Under the pieces are notes generated by a model. It was not told the DNA's origin. It did not search any database and saw only the letters and a list, made by a program, of their open reading frames with translations. Position numbers and translations under genes: made by a program. From Escherichia phage PJNS034: DNA of 64,000 nucleotides. Positions 27,466-36,835 of this stretch are shown piece after piece; the first letter of the stretch is position 1; every line of letters starts with the position of its first letter. The stretch lies in the sequence record PP391266.1; one strand, written 5' to 3'.

Positions 27466-28350
27466 TTAGGCAGTACGTTGCCAGATGAACATCGCAAAGC
27501 CTGGGTCATATGTATCGAAACGAGCGTTACCACCAGTGTTCTGAGAACGGAAGTCGATTCGGTGTGAGTGATTACCAGCCGCAGAGGTGTTGGTATCAAT
27601 ATACAGGAATCGGTCGTTATCGTTATCTGAACCTTTGGAACCGAGGTTACGGTTATAGCCACCCGGAGTTGGTTCGATAAAAGGCAGTGACCATACAGTC
27701 GTGTTTGCTTCGATGTAGTAACGGTCACGGTATGGGTGGGTGTGGTTCCCAGCATCCTGGGTCTGACCTACAACTTGGTGGCTGTGAGCAGGTAAGTTAC
27801 CTTCAACCAACTGAGTTTTATAGAAGCCCGGAGTCTTACCAACGTTAGGGAAGTTGATAGAATCACGACCATCTGAGTCAGAGCCTTGACCTACAATATA
27901 ACGACCAGCAGCAATACGAACCCAAGTACCTACGCCAAGTAACTGAGCAGGGTTTTGGTTTACCATAGTGAAGTACACAGAGCCTACAGGCCATGCTTGT
28001 CCACGAGCTGCTGCTGAGTTGAAGTAAGCAAGAGTTACTGCATCCTGAGGAGCAGCAGGGTTGGATACGTTCTGAAGACGGTTGCCACCACAGTTCATGG
28101 TCTTATTAGCTGCCATCGTTACAGAACCATTGATAGTCACATCACCATTCGTGTTAGTAGCTGAGAACGTCTTATCAAGGTTATTCAACTTGTCAGCACT
28201 CATTGTGACAACTTTGTTGATATTCGGGAAGGTAGTTTTCAGTACCTGCTTAATCAAACGGAGGTGGTCATCACCTTCTTTAATCAAGTCAACGTTACGC
28301 GGGAATGATGGATTGAGTTGGTCAATAGTGTTAGCTACTTCTACACTCAT
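27466..28350 (-). CDS. tail fibre-like protein (294 aa)
   Basis: Segment CGGNRLQNVSNPAAPQDAVTLAYF resembles the conserved attachment motif of many phage tail fibre proteins; followed by a terminator. Confidence 0.45.
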   Translation of the reverse strand: MSVEVANTIDQLNPSFPRNVDLIKEGDDHLRLIKQVLKTTFPNINKVVTMSADKLNNLDKTFSATNTNGDVTINGSVTMAANKTMNCGGNRLQNVSNPAAPQDAVTLAYFNSAAARGQAWPVGSVYFTMVNQNPAQLLGVGTWVRIAAGRYIVGQGSDSDGRDSINFPNVGKTPGFYKTQLVEGNLPAHSHQVVGQTQDAGNHTHPYRDRYYIEANTTVWSLPFIEPTPGGYNRNLGSKGSDNDNDRFLYIDTNTSAAGNHSHRIDFRSQNTGGNARFDTYDPGFAMFIWQRTA

Positions 28351-28595
28351 TTGCGTTTGTCCTCTTTCAGTTCTCGAAGTGCATCTTTCACTGCATCAAG
28401 AGCTTGGTTATTCAGGGCGACTTGCTTTTCCAGAGAAGCTACAACAGTAGACAAACTTGATTGCTGCTCTTGCTTCGCTTTCAGGATTTGCACGTCAGTA
28501 TAGAGAGTTAAGGCTAATCCAAGAGTAATAACAGATAGGGATGTTGCCACCCCTACCAACCACTCTTTCATAACCCCTTGTGGTTTGTTGTCCAT
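28347..28595 (-). CDS. membrane-anchored coiled-coil protein (82 aa); possible spanin- or holin-like
   Basis: N-terminal hydrophobic helix (WLVGVATSLSVITLGLALTLY) then coiled-coil; assignment speculative. Confidence 0.3.
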   Translation of the reverse strand: MDNKPQGVMKEWLVGVATSLSVITLGLALTLYTDVQILKAKQEQQSSLSTVVASLEKQVALNNQALDAVKDALRELKEDKRK

Positions 28596-28599
28596 TCGA

Positions 28600-31467
28600 T
28601 TACTTGTTCGTTTTGTCAGGTTTGATAGTCAGGTCGTACATGTCGTCGCCGACGTTCATCTGTTTCGTCAACAGATACAAGGCCATTCCTCGGAGAATCT
28701 CACCAGACCAGAAACCGAAGAACATACCGTTGTCAGTGCCCAGACGTACTGCTGGACTCCAAGAACCATTCATGATTTGGTCAGGTACACCAGTGTTAAT
28801 GAAGTTGTTTTCCAACTCAGTCACACAAGTTTCAATGAGGAAATCAAGACCTTCAACCTTACTACCAGCCAGCTTAGCGAAACAAGAACCTGCTAACCAC
28901 AGACCACACATGTGACCAGTGAAGTCATTCGGGTCAGGCTTAGGAAGGCTTTCTGGTGGGAAGTCAGTTGGAGTGATACCACCACTGTCCTTCACGAACT
29001 GTACAAGCCATTTAATCCAGTTCTCGGAATAATCTTTGAGCTTCTGAGGGATGGGCTTGCCTTGCAGCATAAGCTCATACCAAGCTCGACATGCACCCAT
29101 CATAGCACGAGGTTGGTATCCAGACCAAGCAGTTCCATCACCCCAATGGTACATTGTCCACGTATCAGGTTTACCATATTTCAGGTTATCCCAACGGTTC
29201 CAGATGTAAGCACTCATGCCCGGCCCAACGACACCAAATTTCTTCGTGTATGCAACCTGAGAGTCCCACAACATGTTAACCATCTGTGTCATGTGTCCCG
29301 CCCACTCGTTTGGAGTCTGGTCAATGGTGTAGATGAATGGATACTGATATCCCGGATAAGGCATACCACGCCAACCATCGAACTGAGCAGTATCAGGAAC
29401 AGAGATGTTCGAGAATGGAATAGTTCCCGGTGTGTACGCCAAGTTATTCTCTTTGAAGTCAACAATCGTACAGTCACCAACCTTAGCTACGAAGTCTTTC
29501 TGACCACTAATAGTTAAGGAGAATAGGAGAGTGTAAGTATCATTGGTAGTGAATCGACGAGGCAGTTCGTTTACAGAGTACCACTGGAAATAGCAATCCT
29601 TCTCGGTGTCCAGAATCACAGCAACAACTTGTTTCAGCTTGGTGTAATTAGGACGAGAAGGACGAGGAGGTGGAACCCAACCCGGAGGCTTGCCTTCTGG
29701 GTCTTCATTTGGCTGATACTCATTCAGAATCAAAGAAGAGCGAGGTAATGATTTATTTACCCACTTATCTTTTGTATCCTGCATCACCCAATGCCAACGC
29801 CAACCATCATCATCGACAACACGAAGCTCGAATGAGTTGTTAGTCTTGAACGACATTGCTGTTACATCCAGCGCTTCATCATCTAGAAGCCAGAAGCCGA
29901 TAATCAAGCCATCACTGAATTTAGACATATCCACTCGGTTAGTCAAGGCAGAGCGAGTATCAACAACATTGTTCTCATACACCATGTCTGATTTGGCATC
30001 ACCATAGACTACCACAGAACGAGAATCTGACAGGACGAATGATGAACCATCTGCTTTAGTTGCTTCAACCAAGCCAGAGAACGGAATATCAAAAGTATTA
30101 ACTGCACTCGTCTTTGAAACAGGGAAAGGGGCAGCCCAACGAGTTGAACCCGGAGCATCTGAATCTTTAACTGAGTTTAAGCGTAATACAGCACGAGCCT
30201 CTAATGCACTACCATCTGATGCAACACCACCGTATTGAACACGCAGTTTGGAGTTCTGACCAGCACGGAACCAAATAGCCTGTTGCTCAATCGTAACCTG
30301 AGCACCAGTTGGCTCTTTAATTTGGATGTTGATATAACCTTCTTCATCACGAGTGTAGATGGGTTCTACTTCAGATGGGTAGGTGTAATCGTAGGAGATG
30401 CCATCAGTGAATGGGGTATTATCGTTGACTGACTTACGGAAGAATTTATCTTTGCTGTCAATCTCTGAATAAGCACGACATGTTTCAAGGGCACATTGCC
30501 AACCCATCCAATACTTATCTTCGCCAGTAACACGCCACATCAGGTAACAAGCATCCGCCCACCATAACTCAGCATCCGCAGCATTACCAAGATAGTCAGG
30601 AGGTACAGGAACGTTCAAGGGGCGGTTGTGCCAAGGTTGGTTACGTTCGATATACTCACCACCAAACTCGATAGGTTGACGGTTAGCGAAGTTAGTTTTG
30701 TGTTCACCATTCACAGTGGTGTCTTGAAGTTTAATCAGACCTTTCTGGTCTTCAGGTAAACCTTCCTCAATTACATCACCATCCCAATTGATTTTCTTCC
30801 CTTCCCAATTGACAATCCAATCCACTGGATAAACAACACCGTCGTGATTCCAGTCAGTTGAACCATCTTCATTGATAGCCTGTACACTTGCGTTGATTGC
30901 ATCCCAAGCAAGAGCACCATCAAATGCGAAGGTAGCTTTATCAAGGAACTGACCGAAGTATTTATCATCGTGTGGAATCTGAGTGATACCATTATTGTAG
31001 AACATCATCTCACCCTTAAAACCTGAGTGAGTTGGAGCCTTACGGTCAATAGGCCAGTTAGCAAGGATAGGCTCCTTACCATTCACAATCCAGTTACAAA
31101 TGAACGGTTGTGGTGAGGTCGGCATCTTCTGACCCCAATAGAAGAAGTTGAAGTAAGCATCCCAACACCACTTCGCTTTCTCCAACCAAACTTCATCACG
31201 AGTTGCAATGTACATGTACACATAACCCATCACCTGAAGAGACTGACCTTCCGTGGTCGCGTCTCCATTAGGCTGTGCTTCCATCTGTGATGCAGCAATG
31301 AAGTGACGGTTGTTTGCAAGTACGCCATCAGGGTTAAACACAAAGTGGTCTACCTGAGCGTCATTAGTCAGGCCAGTGTTACGGTCGAGAAAGTATTGGT
31401 GGCCTTTAGCCATTTGCAATACACCTGCCGTATCACTAATGTTCTCGAAGCACAGCGATTTAATCAT
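28600..31467 (-). CDS. large virion protein (955 aa), tail/tailspike-like
   Basis: ORF-track ORF in structural block, aromatic-rich; no motif recognised. Confidence 0.4.
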   Translation of the reverse strand: MIKSLCFENISDTAGVLQMAKGHQYFLDRNTGLTNDAQVDHFVFNPDGVLANNRHFIAASQMEAQPNGDATTEGQSLQVMGYVYMYIATRDEVWLEKAKWCWDAYFNFFYWGQKMPTSPQPFICNWIVNGKEPILANWPIDRKAPTHSGFKGEMMFYNNGITQIPHDDKYFGQFLDKATFAFDGALAWDAINASVQAINEDGSTDWNHDGVVYPVDWIVNWEGKKINWDGDVIEEGLPEDQKGLIKLQDTTVNGEHKTNFANRQPIEFGGEYIERNQPWHNRPLNVPVPPDYLGNAADAELWWADACYLMWRVTGEDKYWMGWQCALETCRAYSEIDSKDKFFRKSVNDNTPFTDGISYDYTYPSEVEPIYTRDEEGYINIQIKEPTGAQVTIEQQAIWFRAGQNSKLRVQYGGVASDGSALEARAVLRLNSVKDSDAPGSTRWAAPFPVSKTSAVNTFDIPFSGLVEATKADGSSFVLSDSRSVVVYGDAKSDMVYENNVVDTRSALTNRVDMSKFSDGLIIGFWLLDDEALDVTAMSFKTNNSFELRVVDDDGWRWHWVMQDTKDKWVNKSLPRSSLILNEYQPNEDPEGKPPGWVPPPRPSRPNYTKLKQVVAVILDTEKDCYFQWYSVNELPRRFTTNDTYTLLFSLTISGQKDFVAKVGDCTIVDFKENNLAYTPGTIPFSNISVPDTAQFDGWRGMPYPGYQYPFIYTIDQTPNEWAGHMTQMVNMLWDSQVAYTKKFGVVGPGMSAYIWNRWDNLKYGKPDTWTMYHWGDGTAWSGYQPRAMMGACRAWYELMLQGKPIPQKLKDYSENWIKWLVQFVKDSGGITPTDFPPESLPKPDPNDFTGHMCGLWLAGSCFAKLAGSKVEGLDFLIETCVTELENNFINTGVPDQIMNGSWSPAVRLGTDNGMFFGFWSGEILRGMALYLLTKQMNVGDDMYDLTIKPDKTNK

Positions 31468-32282
31468 TTAAACCAACCTCCATTGAAGAATCCTAACCAA
31501 GTTTTACCTTCGTCATAAGTCAGGAGCGTAACAACATCCTTACGTCCCATTTCCAATGATAACACAGGTTTACGGTCTTGACTCCACTTAATCTTGCTGT
31601 CCCAATTTGGAATCTTGTTCGCACCAGTACCTTGTTCCAGAATAACAGTCAACTGACGTGCTACTGTAGGCTCTGTCTTGAACTCAGCAAAACTGACAGA
31701 GGTTTCTGCTTCCATGAGTACATGGTGAGATACAGAACCCTTAGTTGGGTCTAGTACGATGAAGTTGGATGCGTCTTCTTCCCAGAAAGAGTAAGCAGAA
31801 GCAAGGGCGTAAGACTTAATCAAAGCTAAGGTTTCATTTACTTCTTTTCGGAAGTTAGCCATCTGAACTTCAAGGGCATTCATCTCACCCTTCAGTTCTT
31901 CTGACATTTGACGAATCACAACAACTTGAGCATCAATGTAAGGCTTCTGAACATTAACAATGTCGTCGTACACTTCCATGATGTTATCCAGAACACCGAG
32001 CTTATCAATGATTTCTTCCAGACGAGGATAGTAATCATCAATCAGCTTCATATAGTCCTGCATCTTTTCATCAATCTGACGAACCTCTTTAAGCGTATCC
32101 TCAATCAACTGAGTCTTATACAGCAGAGAAATGATATCCATAATCTCTGCTGTGTTATTCCCGAACTGACCAACGTTTGCCTCATAACGTTCGATGATTG
32201 CACGTTGCTCAGCATCGAGAGCTTCAGCGGGCATGATTGAGTTGGGAGCATAAGATTCGACAGTACGTGAATATAAGCCCAT
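31464..32282 (-). CDS. virion-module protein (272 aa)
   Basis: ORF-track ORF; stop overlaps next start. Confidence 0.35.
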   Translation of the reverse strand: MGLYSRTVESYAPNSIMPAEALDAEQRAIIERYEANVGQFGNNTAEIMDIISLLYKTQLIEDTLKEVRQIDEKMQDYMKLIDDYYPRLEEIIDKLGVLDNIMEVYDDIVNVQKPYIDAQVVVIRQMSEELKGEMNALEVQMANFRKEVNETLALIKSYALASAYSFWEEDASNFIVLDPTKGSVSHHVLMEAETSVSFAEFKTEPTVARQLTVILEQGTGANKIPNWDSKIKWSQDRKPVLSLEMGRKDVVTLLTYDEGKTWLGFFNGGWFK

Positions 32283-32291
32283 CTCTAGTCC

Positions 32292-32957
32292 TTACCAGTA
32301 AACGCGAGAACGAGTCTCACTATAGAATTGAGTATTCTTCTCAACCACCTGAGGAGAACCTGACATGTCATCGTCTTCGAGTTGTTGCTTAACTTCACCC
32401 ATGACGTTATCTGCACGTTGTTCCCAAATCGCAGCCTTCTCCATGTCTTCCGCGTAAACAGAACCATGACGTAACGCTGTGAACAAAAGCAGGTCAGGGG
32501 ATAGAGTCAGGAGGGGAGTTACTTGGTTGTTATAGCTCAACTCTTCTGGGTCACAGAAATAGTGACAATATACTTCCAACTTCCCTTCATCACCCGGAGC
32601 ACTATCCATGTCCTTGAAGAAGTGGTACTCGTTACCAACACGAGAGAAATAGAACTGCTCATGCAGAACATCATCTGATTGGTGACGAATCAATTCTCGG
32701 TGTGAGGTATGACGACCGACACGTTTGTCGTTTGTATAAATCTCGATAAGCTGGACGAGGTTAAATGGAACCTCTGCACGACCATTCTTAATAGTCAGTT
32801 GCACTACCGATTCATAAACAGGAAGTTTCAGAACACGATAGATTTCCTTCTCAGCGAAGTTGATGAACGTTGGGATTCGGTTGATTGTGTCAGGGTCATC
32901 TCGGTTGAGCCAAGCCTTAACTTCTTCAACCAGTTCCGCATAGTTAGTTGCTGCCAT
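32292..32957 (-). CDS. virion-module protein (221 aa)
   Basis: ORF-track ORF; the conserved 36-bp element lies ~46 nt upstream. Confidence 0.35.
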   Translation of the reverse strand: MAATNYAELVEEVKAWLNRDDPDTINRIPTFINFAEKEIYRVLKLPVYESVVQLTIKNGRAEVPFNLVQLIEIYTNDKRVGRHTSHRELIRHQSDDVLHEQFYFSRVGNEYHFFKDMDSAPGDEGKLEVYCHYFCDPEELSYNNQVTPLLTLSPDLLLFTALRHGSVYAEDMEKAAIWEQRADNVMGEVKQQLEDDDMSGSPQVVEKNTQFYSETRSRVYW

Positions 32958-33003
32958 GTTTCACCTCGTTGAAATAACACTTCCCTTCTTCAACTTTTCA
33001 TGC

Positions 33004-33039
33004 TATTTTAAGCTTCTAGCGTCCGAAGGGAATAATAGG
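33004..33039. repeat. conserved ~36-bp intergenic element, copy 2
   Basis: tattttaagcttctagcgtccgaagggaataatagg; differs from copy 1 by one A. Confidence 0.6.
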
Positions 33040-33214
33040 GTATGTATTACCAACCCATAGTTTTCTTCACCTTCTCCCACACTTCATCATCGTATGGGGT
33101 CTTGGTGTTCTTCACTAACACATCAATTGATGCTTTAGCGATAGCTTGAGTCAGTTGCAAACCAAGAGCCTTCATAGCCCAAGTCAGAACGATTGGCATA
33201 ATGCCTCCTACAAT

Positions 33215-33478
33215 TTAGATTTCATCCCACCAGTTTACACCCATCTCACTAAAAGGTACACCCGACATTGAGGGATTGTTGACGTACTGTTTGTACGCTT
33301 TCAAAGCTCGCTTACGCCATTTCAGTTTGTAACCGTAACGTTGCAAGTTGTCTGCTGCATTACTCTCATCCAGTGAGAATGCGATGATTGCTTTCACTTG
33401 GTTAAGGATATGAGGTGATGCCCAGAATTTCTGAGCTTCGGGAGTTTCAATTGGAAAGTTGAGAATGGTCTTTGCCAT
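33215..33478 (-). CDS. hypothetical protein (87 aa)
   Basis: ORF-track ORF in structural block. Confidence 0.3.
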   Translation of the reverse strand: MAKTILNFPIETPEAQKFWASPHILNQVKAIIAFSLDESNAADNLQRYGYKLKWRKRALKAYKQYVNNPSMSGVPFSEMGVNWWDEI

Positions 33479-33816
33479 ACAAACCTCATAAACGAAAAAA
33501 GGGAGGCGGAGAGATTAACCCTCCAACCTCCCATTCAGGTTGTTACTCCTATTAACTCCATAGAGTTATTTAAGAGCTTCTTAGTGTGAAACCACACACT
33601 TACTTGACTCTACCGACCCATGCAGAGGTGCGGAGGCTACGAAATGAACCGTACCTACGCGGTTGTCGATAAGAGTATCCTGTAGTGTCTCTAATGACTC
33701 GTCTCGAATAAGACTCCCATCAAGGAACCACTGGAAAGTAGAACGCTTATCTACTACTCCTGTTAGCTGCCAGTTCTCCCCTTCCGTTGCTTTCAACGTT
33801 GGAGGAAGGTCGGTTA

Positions 33817-34278
33817 CTACATTACCGCTTCAAGGTCTTCCGCAGGGATTACATTCACTCGGCTACCACCAGTAGGGCCGGTAGTCCACTCGCTACCATC
33901 AACGGTAACTTTAAAACCAATACGACCACCGCCACCCGCTGTAACACCAGTTAGGTCACAAGACTTACCATCAGCAGATTGTTTGAAAGTGAAGCTTCCT
34001 TCTTGCCCAGAGTCATAAGTAGCGAACCACTCATACACAGCAGAATCAGGAAGAGTACCACCAGAAATAACCACTTTGTCAGTTTTAGTCTCACCTACTT
34101 TGAGGTCTTGACCAATACCATCAGTATCAATTGAAATGTCTAACACTTCAACTTCGATTGAATCTTTCTTAGTTGCATCACTCACAGACTCTACAGTAAT
34201 AGTGCTGGTGCCCTTATCGACACCAGTCACTTCAAGAGCCTGAGTAGCGAGAGCAGCTTTAGCTTGACGCTTCGCCAT
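33817..34278 (-). CDS. Ig-like domain protein (153 aa), possible capsid decoration
   Basis: Ig-like beta-rich sequence (GTSTITVESVSD...KVTVDGSEW); own ATG with AAGAGGA upstream. Confidence 0.45.
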   Translation of the reverse strand: MAKRQAKAALATQALEVTGVDKGTSTITVESVSDATKKDSIEVEVLDISIDTDGIGQDLKVGETKTDKVVISGGTLPDSAVYEWFATYDSGQEGSFTFKQSADGKSCDLTGVTAGGGGRIGFKVTVDGSEWTTGPTGGSRVNVIPAEDLEAVM

Positions 34279-34290
34279 TCACGATTCCTC

Positions 34291-34692
34291 TTATGCTACA
34301 GTTGCAGCAGCAGGGTCGCTAGAGGTTGCTTTAATTTCCTGAGGAGCACCATCTGGAGAGACAGTTACTGACAGAGGAAGTTTAGCACCCTTCTTAACGT
34401 ACCGCTTTTTTGCACCGGCTATTGCCACACTTTCTACGGCTGGTTGTTCGTCGTTGACTACCACAGTTGCTGCATTGGTAGGAGTAGTACCAACTTTGTT
34501 AGTAAACTCGGCTACATACGAACCTGCATCTTCTTTCTGAGCATTAGCTTTGGTGAAAGATGGAGAGGTTGCACCTTCGATTGCAGCCCCATCCTTTTTC
34601 CACTGCACGGAGTCAAAGTTCTCCGCAGCAGCAGTTAAGGTAAAACTACCGCCAACAACGACGGTAGCATTACTTGGATGGGTTAGGATTTT
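34291..34692 (-). CDS. Ig-like C-terminal extension of major capsid protein reached by predicted -1 frameshift
   Basis: Frame -1 relative to capsid ORF stays open from the slippery site and encodes [27 protein letters not shown]...VTVSPDGA. Confidence 0.5.
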   Translation of the reverse strand, partial: KILTHPSNATVVVGGSFTLTAAAENFDSVQWKKDGAAIEGATSPSFTKANAQKEDAGSYVAEFTNKVGTTPTNAATVVVNDEQPAVESVAIAGAKKRYVKKGAKLPLSVTVSPDGAPQEIKATSSDPAAATVA

Positions 34693-35588
34693 GGGGCAGT
34701 ATCTCCACCCGCTTTAGCAGTAATCATAGCCGCTGCTTTAGGGTTGTTCAGACGCAGACCAACTTCCTGCTCAATCATGAACTTCTCAGCAGAACCAGAT
34801 TTCGCCAGAGCTACTTTCTTAGGAGCACGCAGTACAGCCATACCGAGGTCAGATGGGTTGAAGATGTAGATAACATCTTTCGGCATCCAACGGTTAGGAA
34901 TGCACTTCAGTTCCTGGCCCAGCGGGTCAACGATGTACTCAACCTGCTTAACAAAGCGTTTGTCGTTCTCGAAGATACGCATACGAGTACCAGACTTCTC
35001 TTGCAGTGAAGCGAAGAAGTCAGCTTTGCTTGGGTGGTACATGATGATGCTTGGGTCAGCACCTTCGGTGTACAGCAGAGCAGTAGTTTCGAACAGCAGT
35101 TCTTCTTTCAGCTCGCCAGTTTTCTTCATGGTTGCATCAATCATCGTACCGAAAGAAGCAGTCAGACGAGCAGTACCAGCAGCACCCGGAGTTGCTTTCT
35201 GGTCAGCCAACAGGAAGATACCTTCGTTGTCACGCTTCAGCTCTTTAGCAGCTTTCTTCAGTTGATAGAACAGCTCTTTCTCACGACCATGAGAACTAAC
35301 GGCGTTAGCAGAGTCAGATACGAACACAACTTTACGCATAATCTGAGTGTAGTTCTGAACCACAGTGGTTGGGGTCAGGTCTACGTCTTCAGCATCAGAT
35401 GCTTCAGCGAATGCGTTGCCGGTGTTGATATCACTCAGCTTATCCCACTGCCACTGGAACATAGTGTTGTGAACAGGGAATTTGCGAATCATGGAAATCA
35501 GCGGAGTGTATTCAGGAGAGATGTTGCTGACCCAATCAGCAAAGTCTTCCTTGATGCCAGCCATCTTGTAAGTCTGGTAAGTTGCCAT
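34683..35588 (-). CDS. major capsid protein
   Basis: Follows scaffold in terminase-portal-scaffold-capsid order; [13 protein letters not shown] resembles T7 gp10 LTAGGAGTAREGT as recalled. Confidence 0.65.
   Translation of the reverse strand: MATYQTYKMAGIKEDFADWVSNISPEYTPLISMIRKFPVHNTMFQWQWDKLSDINTGNAFAEASDAEDVDLTPTTVVQNYTQIMRKVVFVSDSANAVSSHGREKELFYQLKKAAKELKRDNEGIFLLADQKATPGAAGTARLTASFGTMIDATMKKTGELKEELLFETTALLYTEGADPSIIMYHPSKADFFASLQEKSGTRMRIFENDKRFVKQVEYIVDPLGQELKCIPNRWMPKDVIYIFNPSDLGMAVLRAPKKVALAKSGSAEKFMIEQEVGLRLNNPKAAAMITAKAGGDTAPKS
34689..34695 (-). other. candidate -1 programmed frameshift slippery heptamer CCCAAAA
   Basis: X_XXY_YYZ heptamer two codons before capsid stop; hairpin ctaccg...cggtag ~21 nt downstream. 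Confidence 0.5.
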
Positions 35589-35609
35589 GAGTTTGTTTCC
35601 TCAATAGTG

Positions 35610-36629
35610 TTAAATGAATTTCAAGAACTCGGTAAACTCAGAGGCTTCCGAACCTTGTAGGCCAGTAGTATTCACAGGCTTCTTAGAAGCAGTGGATTTC
35701 TTGGCTTGAGCAGAGACTACACGTGATGGAGACTTAACAGCCTTCTTCACTTTCGCCTTAACAACATTCTCGCCCTTAGCTAAACGCATAGAGTCGTAGA
35801 ACGCCTTGAGTACGCTGGCATCAGTACAGGTGGTAATGTATTTTTCATCCACACCTGAGTTCACAGCATATTCTAGGATTTGGTGATACAGACCATTGCT
35901 CCAGCCCGGAATGTTCTTCTGAAGAGAACGAACACACTCTACAGCTTTCGCTTGGTTTTCTGTTTCGGCTTTCTTAGCTTCTTTAGCATTAAGGTCAGCC
36001 ATTGCTTTCTGAATGTCTTGGGAACGCTTCTGATAGCGCTCGACAAACATTTTAGTTTTGCCAAACTCTTCTGGCGATTCTTGCAGGAGTGCATTCCAGT
36101 CGAAGCCTTCAAACTTCTCTAGCACATCATCTGCTTCCAGCTTAGCCAGTTTCAGCTTATCGGACAGGTCAGCATACTGAGAAGCATATTCATCTTCTTT
36201 TGCTTTCAGAGCTTGTTCACGTTCAGCGATAAGGGTGTTATCGGCAAAGCCTTGAGTCAATTCTTCAATAGTACGTTCAGTACCATCGGGCAGAGTAATA
36301 ACGGTATCGAGGTCAACTTCGAGAGGGGAATCATCCTCCTCAGCCTCTTCTTCATCGTTTTCTTCTGCGGGGAGTTCTTCTTCCTCTTCCTCAGTTTCAG
36401 ACTCTTCTTCGTCTTCATCTGCTGGGAGTGGTTCATCGTTTTCTTCATCGACCGCTTCATCAGGGTCAACAGGAATTTCGTTTTCGTCGGACTCAGGTTC
36501 AGCAGTGACGGATTCACCGTTCATCATTGCTAGGAAACCTTCATAGTCGTCTTCGGGGCGAATCACGCTATCGGTGATTACTTCGTTTTCGTCATCCATC
36601 GTTTCAACCTTCGTCGTCTTCAAGTTCAT
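35610..36629 (-). CDS. scaffolding protein (putative)
   Basis: Highly acidic (EEEEELPAEENDEEEAEEDD), between portal and capsid. Confidence 0.5.
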   Translation of the reverse strand: MNLKTTKVETMDDENEVITDSVIRPEDDYEGFLAMMNGESVTAEPESDENEIPVDPDEAVDEENDEPLPADEDEEESETEEEEEELPAEENDEEEAEEDDSPLEVDLDTVITLPDGTERTIEELTQGFADNTLIAEREQALKAKEDEYASQYADLSDKLKLAKLEADDVLEKFEGFDWNALLQESPEEFGKTKMFVERYQKRSQDIQKAMADLNAKEAKKAETENQAKAVECVRSLQKNIPGWSNGLYHQILEYAVNSGVDEKYITTCTDASVLKAFYDSMRLAKGENVVKAKVKKAVKSPSRVVSAQAKKSTASKKPVNTTGLQGSEASEFTEFLKFI

Positions 36630-36822
36630 TCATGACATTTTGGATTTCAGATTCAAGTGCTTTCAACCCACGAATCATATTGATAGTATCGTCTAATGCC
36701 TTCGGATTGTCAATAGTTAATTTGAAGGAATTGTAACATTTTTTATCAATGATTGATGTTAGGGTTGAAAGGGCACCCGACTCTACAAGATTGCGAATAC
36801 ACGCACGTTGGTAGTCGTTCAC
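36604..36822 (-). CDS. hypothetical protein (72 aa)
   Basis: ORF-track ORF between portal and scaffold. Confidence 0.3.
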   Translation of the reverse strand: MNDYQRACIRNLVESGALSTLTSIIDKKCYNSFKLTIDNPKALDDTINMIRGLKALESEIQNVMNELEDDEG

Positions 36823-36835
36823 CCTTTCTTACCTC

